DNA of 48,995 nucleotides from an uncultured Bacteroidales bacterium (GTDB lineage Bacteria; Bacteroidota; Bacteroidia; Bacteroidales; F082), in the NCBI GenBank assembly GCA_937877465.1, contig CALFIT010000286.1, forward strand, positions 1 through 48,995. The letters are read 5' to 3'. How positions within the stretch are numbered: the stretch's first letter is position 1; each line of letters starts with the position of its first letter. Below are positions 34,501 to 43,100 of the stretch, piece by piece. The position numbers were made by a program, and so were the translations under genes. The notes beneath the pieces are model-generated. The model was not told where the DNA came from. It did no database searches and saw only the letters and a program-made list of their open reading frames with translations.

Positions 34501-35175
34501 AGGCGTCGTTTCGGGAATGGTGGGGTCGACGCTGTAAGGCCCCCAGCAGCAGAAGTCGATGTCGTGGCTCGGTGTGCTGTACATGTAGATGTCGATGCTG
34601 CCTGCGGGACTGCCGATTCTCATGTAATACCAAGCGGGGTTGGGCTGCGTGTAAAGGCAGCTGTAGTAAGGTCCCGATTCGCCCGAGCCGGCATTCACGC
34701 CCGCCGGAAACTCATACATTCCGTTGTCGGTGCAGAAAGGGTCGGCAAGGACGCAGAGATTGTTGTCACGCGACCTCGCGTAGATGTCCATCATCAACGA
34801 CATGGTGAAGTCGTTGGGCAGCGCGGCCTTGAGGGCAGCCGCGGCTTCTGCGGCTTGCTCCTTGTCCATCATCGAAAACGCAGCGGCGTTTTGCGTGCGA
34901 AATTCGTTGTAGGCCTCTTCCAAGTTGAGCCCTTCAAAAGCCTCGTTGGCACTGACGATGAAGATGCCGTCGCGCTCGCTGGTGATGACGTCGAAGCGGC
35001 TGTCGTTGGCCAAGTTGTAGAGCGTGAAGACGCGCTCGTCGAAGTTGGCGATGTCAGTGATGTTGAACTCGATGGTTGGCTGGCCGTGGACGGTTTGGAC
35101 TGGCTGAGCGAACTGTCTCAAAGGCATGGCCAACAGCAACAGGGTTGCACAAATGATTCTCGTAAAGCTTTTCAT
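31504..35175 (-). CDS. Type-B modular T9SS cargo protein (1223 aa): N-domain, Cys-rich PPC-like domain, Ig-like, 2 PKD, Ig-like repeats, 6 two-Cys repeats, pre-CTD module, CTD
   Basis: Motifs: PFCTDNGMYEFPAG...DIDFCCWGPY...GEYYILVITNYSN, GGPYCVGETISLTAN, two PKD units (WNFGDGQTGSGASVSHTY, WNFGDGQTGTGQTVSHTY), six CDS[IT] repeats, CTD IPNPNNGQMTLNFEQL... Confidence 0.75.
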   Translation of the reverse strand: MKSFTRIICATLLLLAMPLRQFAQPVQTVHGQPTIEFNITDIANFDERVFTLYNLANDSRFDVITSERDGIFIVSANEAFEGLNLEEAYNEFRTQNAAAFSMMDKEQAAEAAAALKAALPNDFTMSLMMDIYARSRDNNLCVLADPFCTDNGMYEFPAGVNAGSGESGPYYSCLYTQPNPAWYYMRIGSPAGSIDIYMYSTPSHDIDFCCWGPYSVDPTIPETTPCPNGLTSDKVVSCSYSAAATEHCMIPATSQTGEYYILVITNYSNQACNINFSKVGGTGVTDCGILPPLVDNGGPYCVGETISLTANGQSGASYSWTGPAGFSSNQQNPTRPNCTMNMAGTYTCTIAVGSQTNSATTEVVIYPQPTADFTYTAACAGNAVQFNSTSTTNPTGQPIQSYQWNFGDGQTGSGASVSHTYTNAGTYQVTLTVSCGGHCTSEKTLPVTIVAQPTANFNFTTVCQGTATQFTSTSTGQISSYQWNFGDGQTGTGQTVSHTYAQAGSYQVTLTVQTANNMCSDVTTRTVPVNALPTPTVSANPSTVIYGGTTTLTATAGTQGTFNFRWEPANKVVNPNSQTTQTVPLYENVQFTCTVTNPQGGCSGSGRVTVVIEGSNMMATASADNSELCEGESTMLHAEPSGGTGNYTFAWTPANTLNNANIQDPVATPPLGLTTYTCHVSDGLSAQDVSVSVYVYPHVESDINVSICPDDTYNFFGEILSEEGDYDHIVVSQHGCDSTIHLHLTHHETYETSISDHFCQGDTYSFFGEPITSSGVYYHTLETVNGCDSIIRLNLIQDPSYEVYLTESTCEGGPGYYFAPLDTYFQPSPIPNELVFQTQAGCDSIVYLTVEEAEYNSKTYVVSLCATEYTWPSNGHTYYETGIYFDTLQYANSCDSTLILNLELRPSFDDEVVVTSCDAYRWKNDTYNVDMTFTESTVYTHHYINAYGCDSEATLHLTINDHDEYTFTVSDEENCNEYFWDPQGHEIISTDHEGLVYDMSGVYHRTYKNNSDCDSIVTMNVQFEYTPNPTPIYPMDYTTSHWVVTATEFQINTYDFNLWDQNPNCHWDSISWSFDNPNLDWVLEPFGTNGACCRLYVLSWVNDTVWLNARAFNRCSPSDGIERKYWLISSFIGVEEHQAEPKDFDVIPNPNNGQMTLNFEQLSGKIDIRVYDMRGTLIDKFQTYNNAGPGTYQYDMRSRTDGIYFFIATSKEGTVAKKVVIQH

Positions 35176-35251
35176 GTGTAGATTGTTTATCGTTTAACTT
35201 CAGATTTTGTCTGTTTGTTGATGCTTCCAAAAAGCACTAATTATCAACCGA

Positions 35252-35259
35252 CAAATATA
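35252..35259 (-). promoter_or_regulatory. -7 promoter box TATATTTG (minus strand), candidate promoter of the five-gene array
   Basis: Plus-strand CAAATATA, 77 nt upstream of the ATG at 35175 and downstream of the terminator at 35303-35329. No TAnnTTTG box seen in the four internal intergenic gaps. Confidence 0.5.
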
Positions 35260-35302
35260 CAAATAATCCTCAAAATAGAATGCAACTATGGAAAAAAAAG
35301 CG

Positions 35303-35329
35303 AAAAAAGCGGCTTAAGGCCGCTTTTTT
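35303..35329 (-). terminator. Rho-independent (palindromic, potentially bidirectional) terminator of the C25 pair
   Basis: AAAAAAGCGGC-ttaag-GCCGCTTTTTT. On the minus strand it is followed by more Ts (CGCTTTTTTTT). Lies 25 nt after the stop at 35354. Confidence 0.8.
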
Positions 35330-35353
35330 CTGTTCAAAACAAGGTGTGTCGTC

Positions 35354-38300
35354 TTATTGCGTGACCATGACGCGCTTGACGGCCACGCCTTCTGCCGTGC
35401 GGATGCGGATCGTGTACATGCCCGCTCCGAAGGGCTTCAGGTTCAAGATGTAGGTGTCGTTGCCCGTCTCCACATCGTCGACCACCTGTCCGAGCACATT
35501 GCTCACCGTGAGGCGTTGCATGTTTTCGGCTTCGATGGTGACCATGCCTTGGGTCGGGTTGGGATAGAGCTTGGCCTTGGCACCTAACTCGTCGACGTCG
35601 GTCGAGTTCTTCACCGCGACGGACAGGGTGCTGCCGCTTTCGCCGCACTCGTTTTCGGCTTCAGCCTTCAGCGTGGCTTGGCCCTTGAAGGTGTCGCTCC
35701 AATACACTGTGGCATGGCTGCCTTCGGCAACGATGTCGCCCGCGCCTTCAGGCTCGATGCTCCAACGGTATTCGGCCCCAAAGCCTTCGCCCTCAATGGA
35801 ATATTCGCTTGAGGGGAAGTAGAGTACGTCGACGGCATCGTCACCCACGATGGCTTCAACGACGGGCGGCCTGTTGATGCTCAGGTGCAGGGTCACGATG
35901 CTGTCGCAGCCCGCAGCGTTGGCGTAGACCTGCTCGAAGTCGCCACTCTCGGTATAGACGGTGCCGTCCCATTCGTAGCTTTCGCAAGCGTCGACTTGGA
36001 ATGCCACTTGGTTGGATGTGTTGACGGTGAGGTGCATGACAACGGTCGAGTCGCAACCGTGGATGGAAGTGAAGATATTTTCGTAAACTCCTGATTCGTA
36101 ATAGGTTGTACCGTTCCATTCAAAGGCGTCGCAAGCCGTCGCTTCGGTCTCGATGTTGTAGGACTCTATTAATACAAGGTGCATGGTGACGATGCTGTCG
36201 CAGCCATAAACGCTTTGGAACTGCTGTTCGTAGTCGCCTTCCTCGCTGTATTCGATGCCGTTCCATGTGTAGGAGCCGCACGAGGCTACCTCAAACTCAA
36301 CATTGTGCTTCCTGTGGATGAAGAGCGTGAACATGGCTGTGTCGTCGCCGCAACTCGAGAATGCATTGAGATAGAAGGTGACGAACCCGTTTTCAATGTC
36401 TTGTGGGCCAGGCGTGTAGGTGGTGACGGGGGATGCTTCGTCGCCCATCTGTCCGTCGCCGACGAACTCCCAATAGAGGTCCTCGGCTTCGTTGACGGTG
36501 GCATGAAGCTCGTAGGTCTCGCCTTCGCAGATGTCTGCCGATTCGTCCATTTCGATGCTTGCCGGGTCGTGCAGGATGCCCACCATGCTGTCGCTGAGGG
36601 TCTCGCCGGCGGCATTGGTGACGGTGAGGGTTAAGGTCACCGTCTTGCGCTCACGGTCTTGCGGGCCTGGCTCGTAGGTGGTGACCAAGGCGTTGGCGTC
36701 GCTGAAAACGCCGTCACCGTCGCTAGTCCATTCCACGGTCTCATAACCTAAGGCAGTGCCTTCCAATTCAAAGTTCCCGAAGACGCAGGTCTCTTGGTTG
36801 AGTCCGGCATCGCAGGCGAAGGTGATGTGGCGCACGGGGAAGAGGATCTCGTCGATCCAGACGTGGTCGGCGCCGCTGCTGCCTGATGCGTCTTTCTCGT
36901 AAATCCATGAGAAGGTGTGCTCGCCTTGGCTGACGGCGAAGGTCATTTCGCGCCAGTTGAGCGTTTCGCTCCATGTTTGTTGCACTTGACCGTCGATGCA
37001 GAATTTCAGGTGGTCGTTGGCCTCGCAGTCGGTTTTCCTGTAGAAGCGGATCTCGTCCATGGGGTTCTCCACGTTGAAATGGAGGGATAGCGTCGAGCTT
37101 TCGTTGTGCCCGATGGTGCCCGATTGCAGGCAATAGGCTCCGGCGTAGGGTTCGATGCTGCTGACGACCCAAGGATGGTCGGGGTCGTTCTCCCATTCAA
37201 AGTCGTCCATGCCGTTTTCGAAGTTGGCGAGTTCGAGTCCGACGCGATGGTGGAAGGTCTGGAGGGTGTTGTAGGCGCCTGCCACGACTTGCAGGTTCAT
37301 CACGGCGTCTTCGCCACGCGGCATGTCGGGGGCGACGCTTACGGTGTAGGTCACGGTGACGGTTTGCGCCGGCGACACGGTGGCGGTGCTTACGCTCGGG
37401 TTGCTGATGCTGAGGTAAGGAATCATGGTGCCTAAGGTGGCGACGACGTTGTTGGCTTCGGCCCCGCCGATGTTTTGGTAGATGAAACTGATTTCGGCAG
37501 TCTCGCCCGGGTCGAGGCGACCGTTGCCGTGGCCTCGGTTGCTGATGTTGTCGTCGATTATCATCTCTTCTTCAATCTTGAAGTTGGGCGCGTAGGCGGT
37601 GAAGTTGAAGCCTGCGTTCCATGTGTGTGTGCCGTCGGTCATCAGCAAGCTGAAGCGAATGAGGGTGCCGTCGGGCACGTTGTCGGCCACGCGGATGCCA
37701 AACACCTCGTCGAGGGTGATGCTTTGGTTGGGACTCAAGGCGGGGATGGTAGTGGTGGCGTCGGTGATGCTGACCAAGTCTTGCATGACGGTGGAGAGGG
37801 TGGCGGTGGCAGCGGTTGAAGCCAAGTCGCCGGTATTCTTGACGGTGAGGTTGAAGCGGGCTTGTTCGCCGTATTCAAGCTGGCCGTTGCCGTTGGCGTC
37901 GCTGAGGGTCACTTCGGTCATGACGAGTTCGGGCTCGCTGATGACGTTGATGCTGCCTACATAACGCAGGCGGTCTTGCTTGGTGGCCACGATGGTGATG
38001 GTGCCGGTGGGTTGTGCCGCAAAGTTGACGCTTTGGGTGCTGCCCGTGGCGGTGGCCACGGCGAGGATGTTGTTGTCGCGTGTCAGGGCGATGACGGCAC
38101 CTTGCGGGGCACTCACGTTGATGGTCGTCGTGGAGGTCGTGATTTCAGCGGGATGGCTCACGTTCATTGCGGTGGGCACCTGCGTGAAAAGGGTCAGGAA
38201 GGCGTCGCAGTGGGCGGTGAACATCTTGTGGGTGATGGCTTTGCTCTCCGGGTTGTAGGGCCACGAGCTTTGTTGCAGGAAGTATTTGCCGGCCACGTTG

Positions 38301-40117
38301 CCGAAGGCGGGCCTCCAGTTGCCCTCATAGTTGGCGTAAGGGCCGAAGTCGGGGAGGAACTGCGGGTCGTATTGGTCGTAGAGTCCCCAAGCGTAGGTGT
38401 CGTTGACGAAGGAATAGGAAGTCTGCGTGGGACCGATGCAGCCCACGGCGCCGGCGTTTTGGTTGTTGTAGGTGCGGCGCATGAAGGTCTCGATGAGGCA
38501 GTCGGAGCTGTAGTCGAAGGTGCCGGTTTGGCAGTTGATGGTGTTCACGAAGGTCATCTTGCCCACGTTGTTCATCTGGCTGACGTGGCTCGTGCTGAAC
38601 GAAGGCTCGCCCCAGCCTTGGTAATAGCCGTGGTCGCGGTGTTGCAGCAACATGCAGCCGCTGTTGACGGCATCCACGACCTGTGCCGCCGTGCCACCTG
38701 TCCAGCCGCCCAACTCGTTAGGCGTGGCGGGGATGTAGCCGCGCCCGTTAGGGCCGAAGTAGTTGACGACCATGTAGGTGTTTTGGTTCGACGACCACTG
38801 CGAGCCGGGCGTGCCCGAGTAGATGGCGTTGATGCGCACGGGGTGCTTGCCTTGGTTGCGCCAATAGCCGCCCACCACTTCCGAACAGATCTGGAACCAG
38901 CGTTGGGTTTGCCATCCCAAGGCGGTGATGGGCTGGTCGTAGGTGGAGGCATTCATGTTGGGGTTGGTGTACTCGTATTCAAGTTGCTTGCTCACCATCA
39001 TCTGGGCTTCGTTGGCGTTGGCGGCCACGAGGCGGCAGAAGGCCATGTCGGGCAAGAGGTCGCCGTCGACGTCGGCGTAGCCGTTGTCGGTGATGCAGTT
39101 GCCGTAACTCGATGAGTGATAGGTGTATTCGGCAGGGATGCCGAGAGCCATGTTGGTGTTGTGGTCGCCCAAAAGCAGCACCGCGACGGGCGGGATGGTC
39201 CAGCTGTTGTAGGCGTTGTGGAAGTAGGCCTTCATCTGGTCGGTGGTGGTGCAGCCCATGTCGCTGAGGCTCTTCACCTCGGTGAGGATGCCTTGCTTGA
39301 TGCGGTATTCGGCCAATTGGTTGGCGTAGGGACGGAAGCTCTCGTTGTTGGGGATGACGATGAGGTATTCGCAGCCTTGGGGACGTTGGGTCACCCAGTC
39401 TTGCATACGGGCTTCATAGTCGACCACAGGCAGCTGGTCGTAGTTGGCCAAGTTCTGCATGAGGATGGGGTCCCAATAGGGCGACCGCAGGCGGCTGTCG
39501 CCAAATTCGCCGTTGCCGCCGTCGAAACGCACGTCGAACTGCATGTCGTCGTATACGCGCAGCTCCTTCGTGACGGGGTTGTACTGGTAAGGCACCACCG
39601 TGACGGCCACGGTTTGCACGCCTCTCAGGTTGAATGGCGCCGACACGCTGACGGGCTCTTCGGGGAAGAAGGCGTTCTTGCCGTAGATGCTCATGTCGCG
39701 CTCGTAGGTGTTGGGCGTGTCGTCGGTGTCGAACTTGATGGGCGCAGCGGCCAACAGGTCGACGTTTTGGATTGTGGTCACGCTGCGGTAGCCCATCTCG
39801 ATGTGGGCCGAGGCACCGTTGGGGACGGCCACGAAACGGCTGAAGCTCGGCAGGTCGGGTTCGCCGGGGTTGGCGGGAAGACTGATGCCCGAGCCGCCTT
39901 CCAGCACCTCGCCAGCGTAGCCGTTGTCGCTTACACTGACGATATGTAGCGCTTTCAGGGCGTGGCGCATCTGTAGGCCCGAGCGGGTGTCTTGCTCGAC
40001 GCTGAGACCTTCATCCGCCGCCGAATTGTTGAAAATGAAGTCGCGCGTCTGCGCGAAACTTGTCATTACCATGCCCATCATGAGGGCTAAAGTGGTGATG
40101 CGTAATGTAGTTTTCAT
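35354..40117 (-). CDS. Gingipain-like cysteine peptidase (family C25), 1587 aa, with adhesin-like modules, 3 two-Cys repeats and T9SS CTD
   Basis: C25 propeptide-like N-terminus. HRDHG...(33 residues)...TINC dyad. CARDB-like modules, a jelly roll (FENGMDDFEWENDPDHPW...VWIDEILFP) and W.S.GDG.F.D repeats. Repeat motifs CGSYTWNG...GCDSIVTMHL, CDAFEWNG...GCDSTVVMHL and CESYEWDG...GCDSIVTLHL. The CTD is very similar to that of the 1612-aa paralog. Confidence 0.85.
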   Translation of the reverse strand: MKTTLRITTLALMMGMVMTSFAQTRDFIFNNSAADEGLSVEQDTRSGLQMRHALKALHIVSVSDNGYAGEVLEGGSGISLPANPGEPDLPSFSRFVAVPNGASAHIEMGYRSVTTIQNVDLLAAAPIKFDTDDTPNTYERDMSIYGKNAFFPEEPVSVSAPFNLRGVQTVAVTVVPYQYNPVTKELRVYDDMQFDVRFDGGNGEFGDSRLRSPYWDPILMQNLANYDQLPVVDYEARMQDWVTQRPQGCEYLIVIPNNESFRPYANQLAEYRIKQGILTEVKSLSDMGCTTTDQMKAYFHNAYNSWTIPPVAVLLLGDHNTNMALGIPAEYTYHSSSYGNCITDNGYADVDGDLLPDMAFCRLVAANANEAQMMVSKQLEYEYTNPNMNASTYDQPITALGWQTQRWFQICSEVVGGYWRNQGKHPVRINAIYSGTPGSQWSSNQNTYMVVNYFGPNGRGYIPATPNELGGWTGGTAAQVVDAVNSGCMLLQHRDHGYYQGWGEPSFSTSHVSQMNNVGKMTFVNTINCQTGTFDYSSDCLIETFMRRTYNNQNAGAVGCIGPTQTSYSFVNDTYAWGLYDQYDPQFLPDFGPYANYEGNWRPAFGNVAGKYFLQQSSWPYNPESKAITHKMFTAHCDAFLTLFTQVPTAMNVSHPAEITTSTTTINVSAPQGAVIALTRDNNILAVATATGSTQSVNFAAQPTGTITIVATKQDRLRYVGSINVISEPELVMTEVTLSDANGNGQLEYGEQARFNLTVKNTGDLASTAATATLSTVMQDLVSITDATTTIPALSPNQSITLDEVFGIRVADNVPDGTLIRFSLLMTDGTHTWNAGFNFTAYAPNFKIEEEMIIDDNISNRGHGNGRLDPGETAEISFIYQNIGGAEANNVVATLGTMIPYLSISNPSVSTATVSPAQTVTVTYTVSVAPDMPRGEDAVMNLQVVAGAYNTLQTFHHRVGLELANFENGMDDFEWENDPDHPWVVSSIEPYAGAYCLQSGTIGHNESSTLSLHFNVENPMDEIRFYRKTDCEANDHLKFCIDGQVQQTWSETLNWREMTFAVSQGEHTFSWIYEKDASGSSGADHVWIDEILFPVRHITFACDAGLNQETCVFGNFELEGTALGYETVEWTSDGDGVFSDANALVTTYEPGPQDRERKTVTLTLTVTNAAGETLSDSMVGILHDPASIEMDESADICEGETYELHATVNEAEDLYWEFVGDGQMGDEASPVTTYTPGPQDIENGFVTFYLNAFSSCGDDTAMFTLFIHRKHNVEFEVASCGSYTWNGIEYSEEGDYEQQFQSVYGCDSIVTMHLVLIESYNIETEATACDAFEWNGTTYYESGVYENIFTSIHGCDSTVVMHLTVNTSNQVAFQVDACESYEWDGTVYTESGDFEQVYANAAGCDSIVTLHLSINRPPVVEAIVGDDAVDVLYFPSSEYSIEGEGFGAEYRWSIEPEGAGDIVAEGSHATVYWSDTFKGQATLKAEAENECGESGSTLSVAVKNSTDVDELGAKAKLYPNPTQGMVTIEAENMQRLTVSNVLGQVVDDVETGNDTYILNLKPFGAGMYTIRIRTAEGVAVKRVMVTQ

Positions 40118-40141
40118 AGAACGATATAATTTATTGATTCA

Positions 40142-43100
40142 TTACAACTTGATGATTTTGTGGTGCCAACGATGGCCGTCTTGCTCCACGATAATGTGAT
40201 AGAGTCCGGCAGGCTGTTGCTCTATCGACACCTCGGCCTTGTTGCTCTCGGTCAGGATGTGCTTCCCGTCGCTGTCGAAGACTTGGATGGTGAAGCCGTC
40301 TTCCGCTTTCAGGTCGACGCTGACGCGCCCCGTGGTGGGGTTGGGGTGGATGCCAGGCGTGGCGACGCCTTCTTCCTCTACGTCGTCGAGATTGGTCGGC
40401 AAGACGATGTAATCAATCCAAGCGGCGTCGAGTCCGGCGTTGACCGAGTAGTCCTTGAGATACGTCCAAGTGTAGGTGTGGTGGCCTGGGTGGACGGCGT
40501 AGCTGTGCTCGCCCCACCATTGTTCGCCCGACCAGCGTTCACGCTCCTCGCCGTCGATGGAGAACACGAGGAAGTCGTAGTTGCTTTCCGACGACACCAT
40601 GGCGTAGAACGAGAAGAAGCCGCCGTCGCGGGTGTCGTGGGTGAAGGTCAGCTGCGACGACTCGTTGTGCTCTATCGTGGCCGACCTCGCGGAATAATAG
40701 CCGTCGTAGGCGTAGGCGTTGCCGACAACCCACGGATGCTCGCTGTCGTTAGTCCAATATTCGGGGCTGAGCTGTCCGCTCTCGAAACTTTCGATGATGA
40801 AGCCCACGGCGCATGGAATCTCTTGCTCCGAGCTGAGGTTGCCGACGGTCGGGATGAGCAGGAGATGGACATGGGTGGACTCGCCCGCGATGTACTCCAC
40901 ATAAACGTCGAACGAAACCACGGCCACGCCTCCCATCTCCAAGTCGTCAATCGTGGTCTCGGGCGTGATGACGCGGACGTAGCCTTCGTTGTTGCGCAAG
41001 GCGATACGCGGACTCTCGGCCACATAATGCCCTTCGTTGGTGATGCGGAAGAAGAGTCTGACCACTTCGCCCGGGTCGAGCAGGCCGTCGCCGTTGCCTT
41101 CCGAGTCGTCGATGCTGATCAGCTCGCCGACCAAACGCGGGGCTTTTATGGCAATGTCGTAGTTGCGGGCATAGCTCTCGTCGCCGAAATGGGTGGTGCA
41201 GGTGATGGGGAGCAACGAGCCGTCGGCAAGGGCACCATCCAAGCCGAATTGGAAGGCGTTTTCGATGACGACGCTCTCACTCGGGTCAAGCGGCTCAAAC
41301 TGCACTTCGTCTTGTGTGATGCCGACATGGCTCGATATGGAACTCAAGGTGACGCTGCCACTCTCGCTTGCCACGTCGCCGATGTTGGCCACCTTGATGT
41401 CGGCCACGGCTGTCTGGTCGTAGGCAAGCACAAGCCCGCCTGCGTTCAGCGCGATGCTGTCGACCACGACAAAGGCCTGATTGTGAGGCGCAACGATGAG
41501 GTCTTCCTCATGGCGCAGGAGGTTCAGTCCCGTAATGGTCAGGTGGACGACGTTGGCGTTGACGGATTGCATGATGGTGATGGTCTGCTCCTCGCCGGTG
41601 CCCGTGGCCGTGGCCAAAATGTGGATCTCGCCGCCTTGCCTCATGCTCAGCGCGATTTGCGAGCCTTCGGGCGCGGTGATGTGGAAGGGTTCATAGGGCG
41701 CGACGGTCAGGTCGTGCGTGGTGGCGATGGACTCAGGCATGTTGGTGAAGATGCGCAGGAAGGCGTCGCCGTGGGTGTGGAAGGTGTTGTAGGTGCAGAC
41801 GCACATCTCTTGGTTGGTGCTGGGAAAGACGTGGGTCTCAAGGAAATACTTGCCCGACACGCAGGCAAAGGAGGGCAGCCAAGCGTCGGCATGGTCGGCA
41901 AAAGGCCCGTAATCGGGCAGGAAGCTGGAGTCGAACAGGTCCCACACGCCCCAAAGGAAGATGTCGTTGGCATAGGAATAGGTCTGTCCCGCCGGTGCGA
42001 TGGCACCCACGATGCCGGCGTTTTGTCCGTCGCGTTGCATACGGATGAGCCGTTCCACGAAGCAGTCGTTGGGCCAGTCGTACATTCCCGTGCGGCAGTT
42101 GACGGAGACGAGGTAGGTCATCTTGCCGGGGTTGTTGATGTCGCCGAAGTCGGTGATGTAGATCTCGGGCTGGTACCAACGGTTGTTCCATCCGTGGTCG
42201 CGGTGCTGGATGATGTAGGCACCCGTGTTGATGGCGTTGATGACTTGTTCGGCGGTGCCGCCCGTCCAGCCACCCAACTCGTCGGGCGTGGCGGGGATGT
42301 AGCCCACGCCGTTGGGTCCGAAGTAGTTGACCACCGAGGCCGTGCCCGGTGCCGTCGACCATTGGGGGCCTTGCTCGCCGCTGTAGATCTCGTTGATGCG
42401 GGTGGGTATTTTCCCGTGTTGCGTCAAGAAGCCGCTCACGGTGGCGATGGCGATTTGGAACCATTTGGCATCTTGCCATCCTGCCGCCGTCAAGGGATGC
42501 GCATAGTAATAGAGGTTGTTGACGGGGTTGGTGTATTCGTATTCGATTTGCTTGCCGATGAAGATGGGCAGCTCCGACTCGTTCTGTGCGATAAGGCGGG
42601 TGAAGCAGATGTCGGGCAGGTTGTCGTCGTTGATGTCGGCGTAGGGGTTGTCGGAGGTGATGAAGTCGTCCTTGGGGTGTTGCGTCCTGAAGCCGGGCAC
42701 GTATTGCCCAAGGTCGTCGCCGCTCTCGCCGATGAGGCACACGGCCACGGGCGGGATGTCCCAGTTGGCATAGATGTCGCGAAACCACATCCTGAGCAAG
42801 CCTGCGGTGGTGGCACCGGTCTCGGCCAAAGTCATCACCTTGGTCAGGATGCCTTGGCGCAGGCGGAAGTCGGCCAATTCTTGCGCGGCTTCCACATAGG
42901 CCTCGTTGTTGGGCGTGATGATGAGGTACTCGCAGCCGGTGGGGCGCGTCGTCGACCATTGCTGCATACGGGCGTCGTAGTCGATAGGCTCAAGGCTCTC
43001 GTAGTTGAGGATGTTGTTCCTTAGGATGGGGTCCCAGTAGGGCGAGCGCAGGCGGTCGTCGCCGAAATGCCCATTGCCGCCTTCAAAGCGGATGTCGATG

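Noticed and set aside
35176-35353. Invertible (phase-variable) promoter upstream of the array, as is common for Bacteroidota surface loci
   Set aside because: I found no flanking inverted repeats around the TATATTTG box and no tyrosine or serine recombinase gene anywhere in the window.
20914-36283. Recurring 15-nt motif GATGCTGTCGCARCC at about 150-nt intervals, considered as a CRISPR-like or REP-like array
   Set aside because: Spacing is irregular and every copy is in frame inside a gene. It encodes the GCDSI core of the two-Cys protein repeat. No AT-rich leader or cas genes are present.
40160-43024. 954-aa plus-strand ORF, the longest of many antisense ORFs. Others are 32935-35181, 29676-31040, 20935-22320, 15417-16808, 16812-18011, 37862-39115 and 13380-14483.
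   Set aside because: Each lies entirely inside a minus-strand gene with clear domain content (C25, PKD, CTD). The translations are low-complexity and rich in G/V/D/A/H/R, with no signal peptides, motifs or promoter context. This is the expected stop-free shadow frame of GC3-rich coding sequence.
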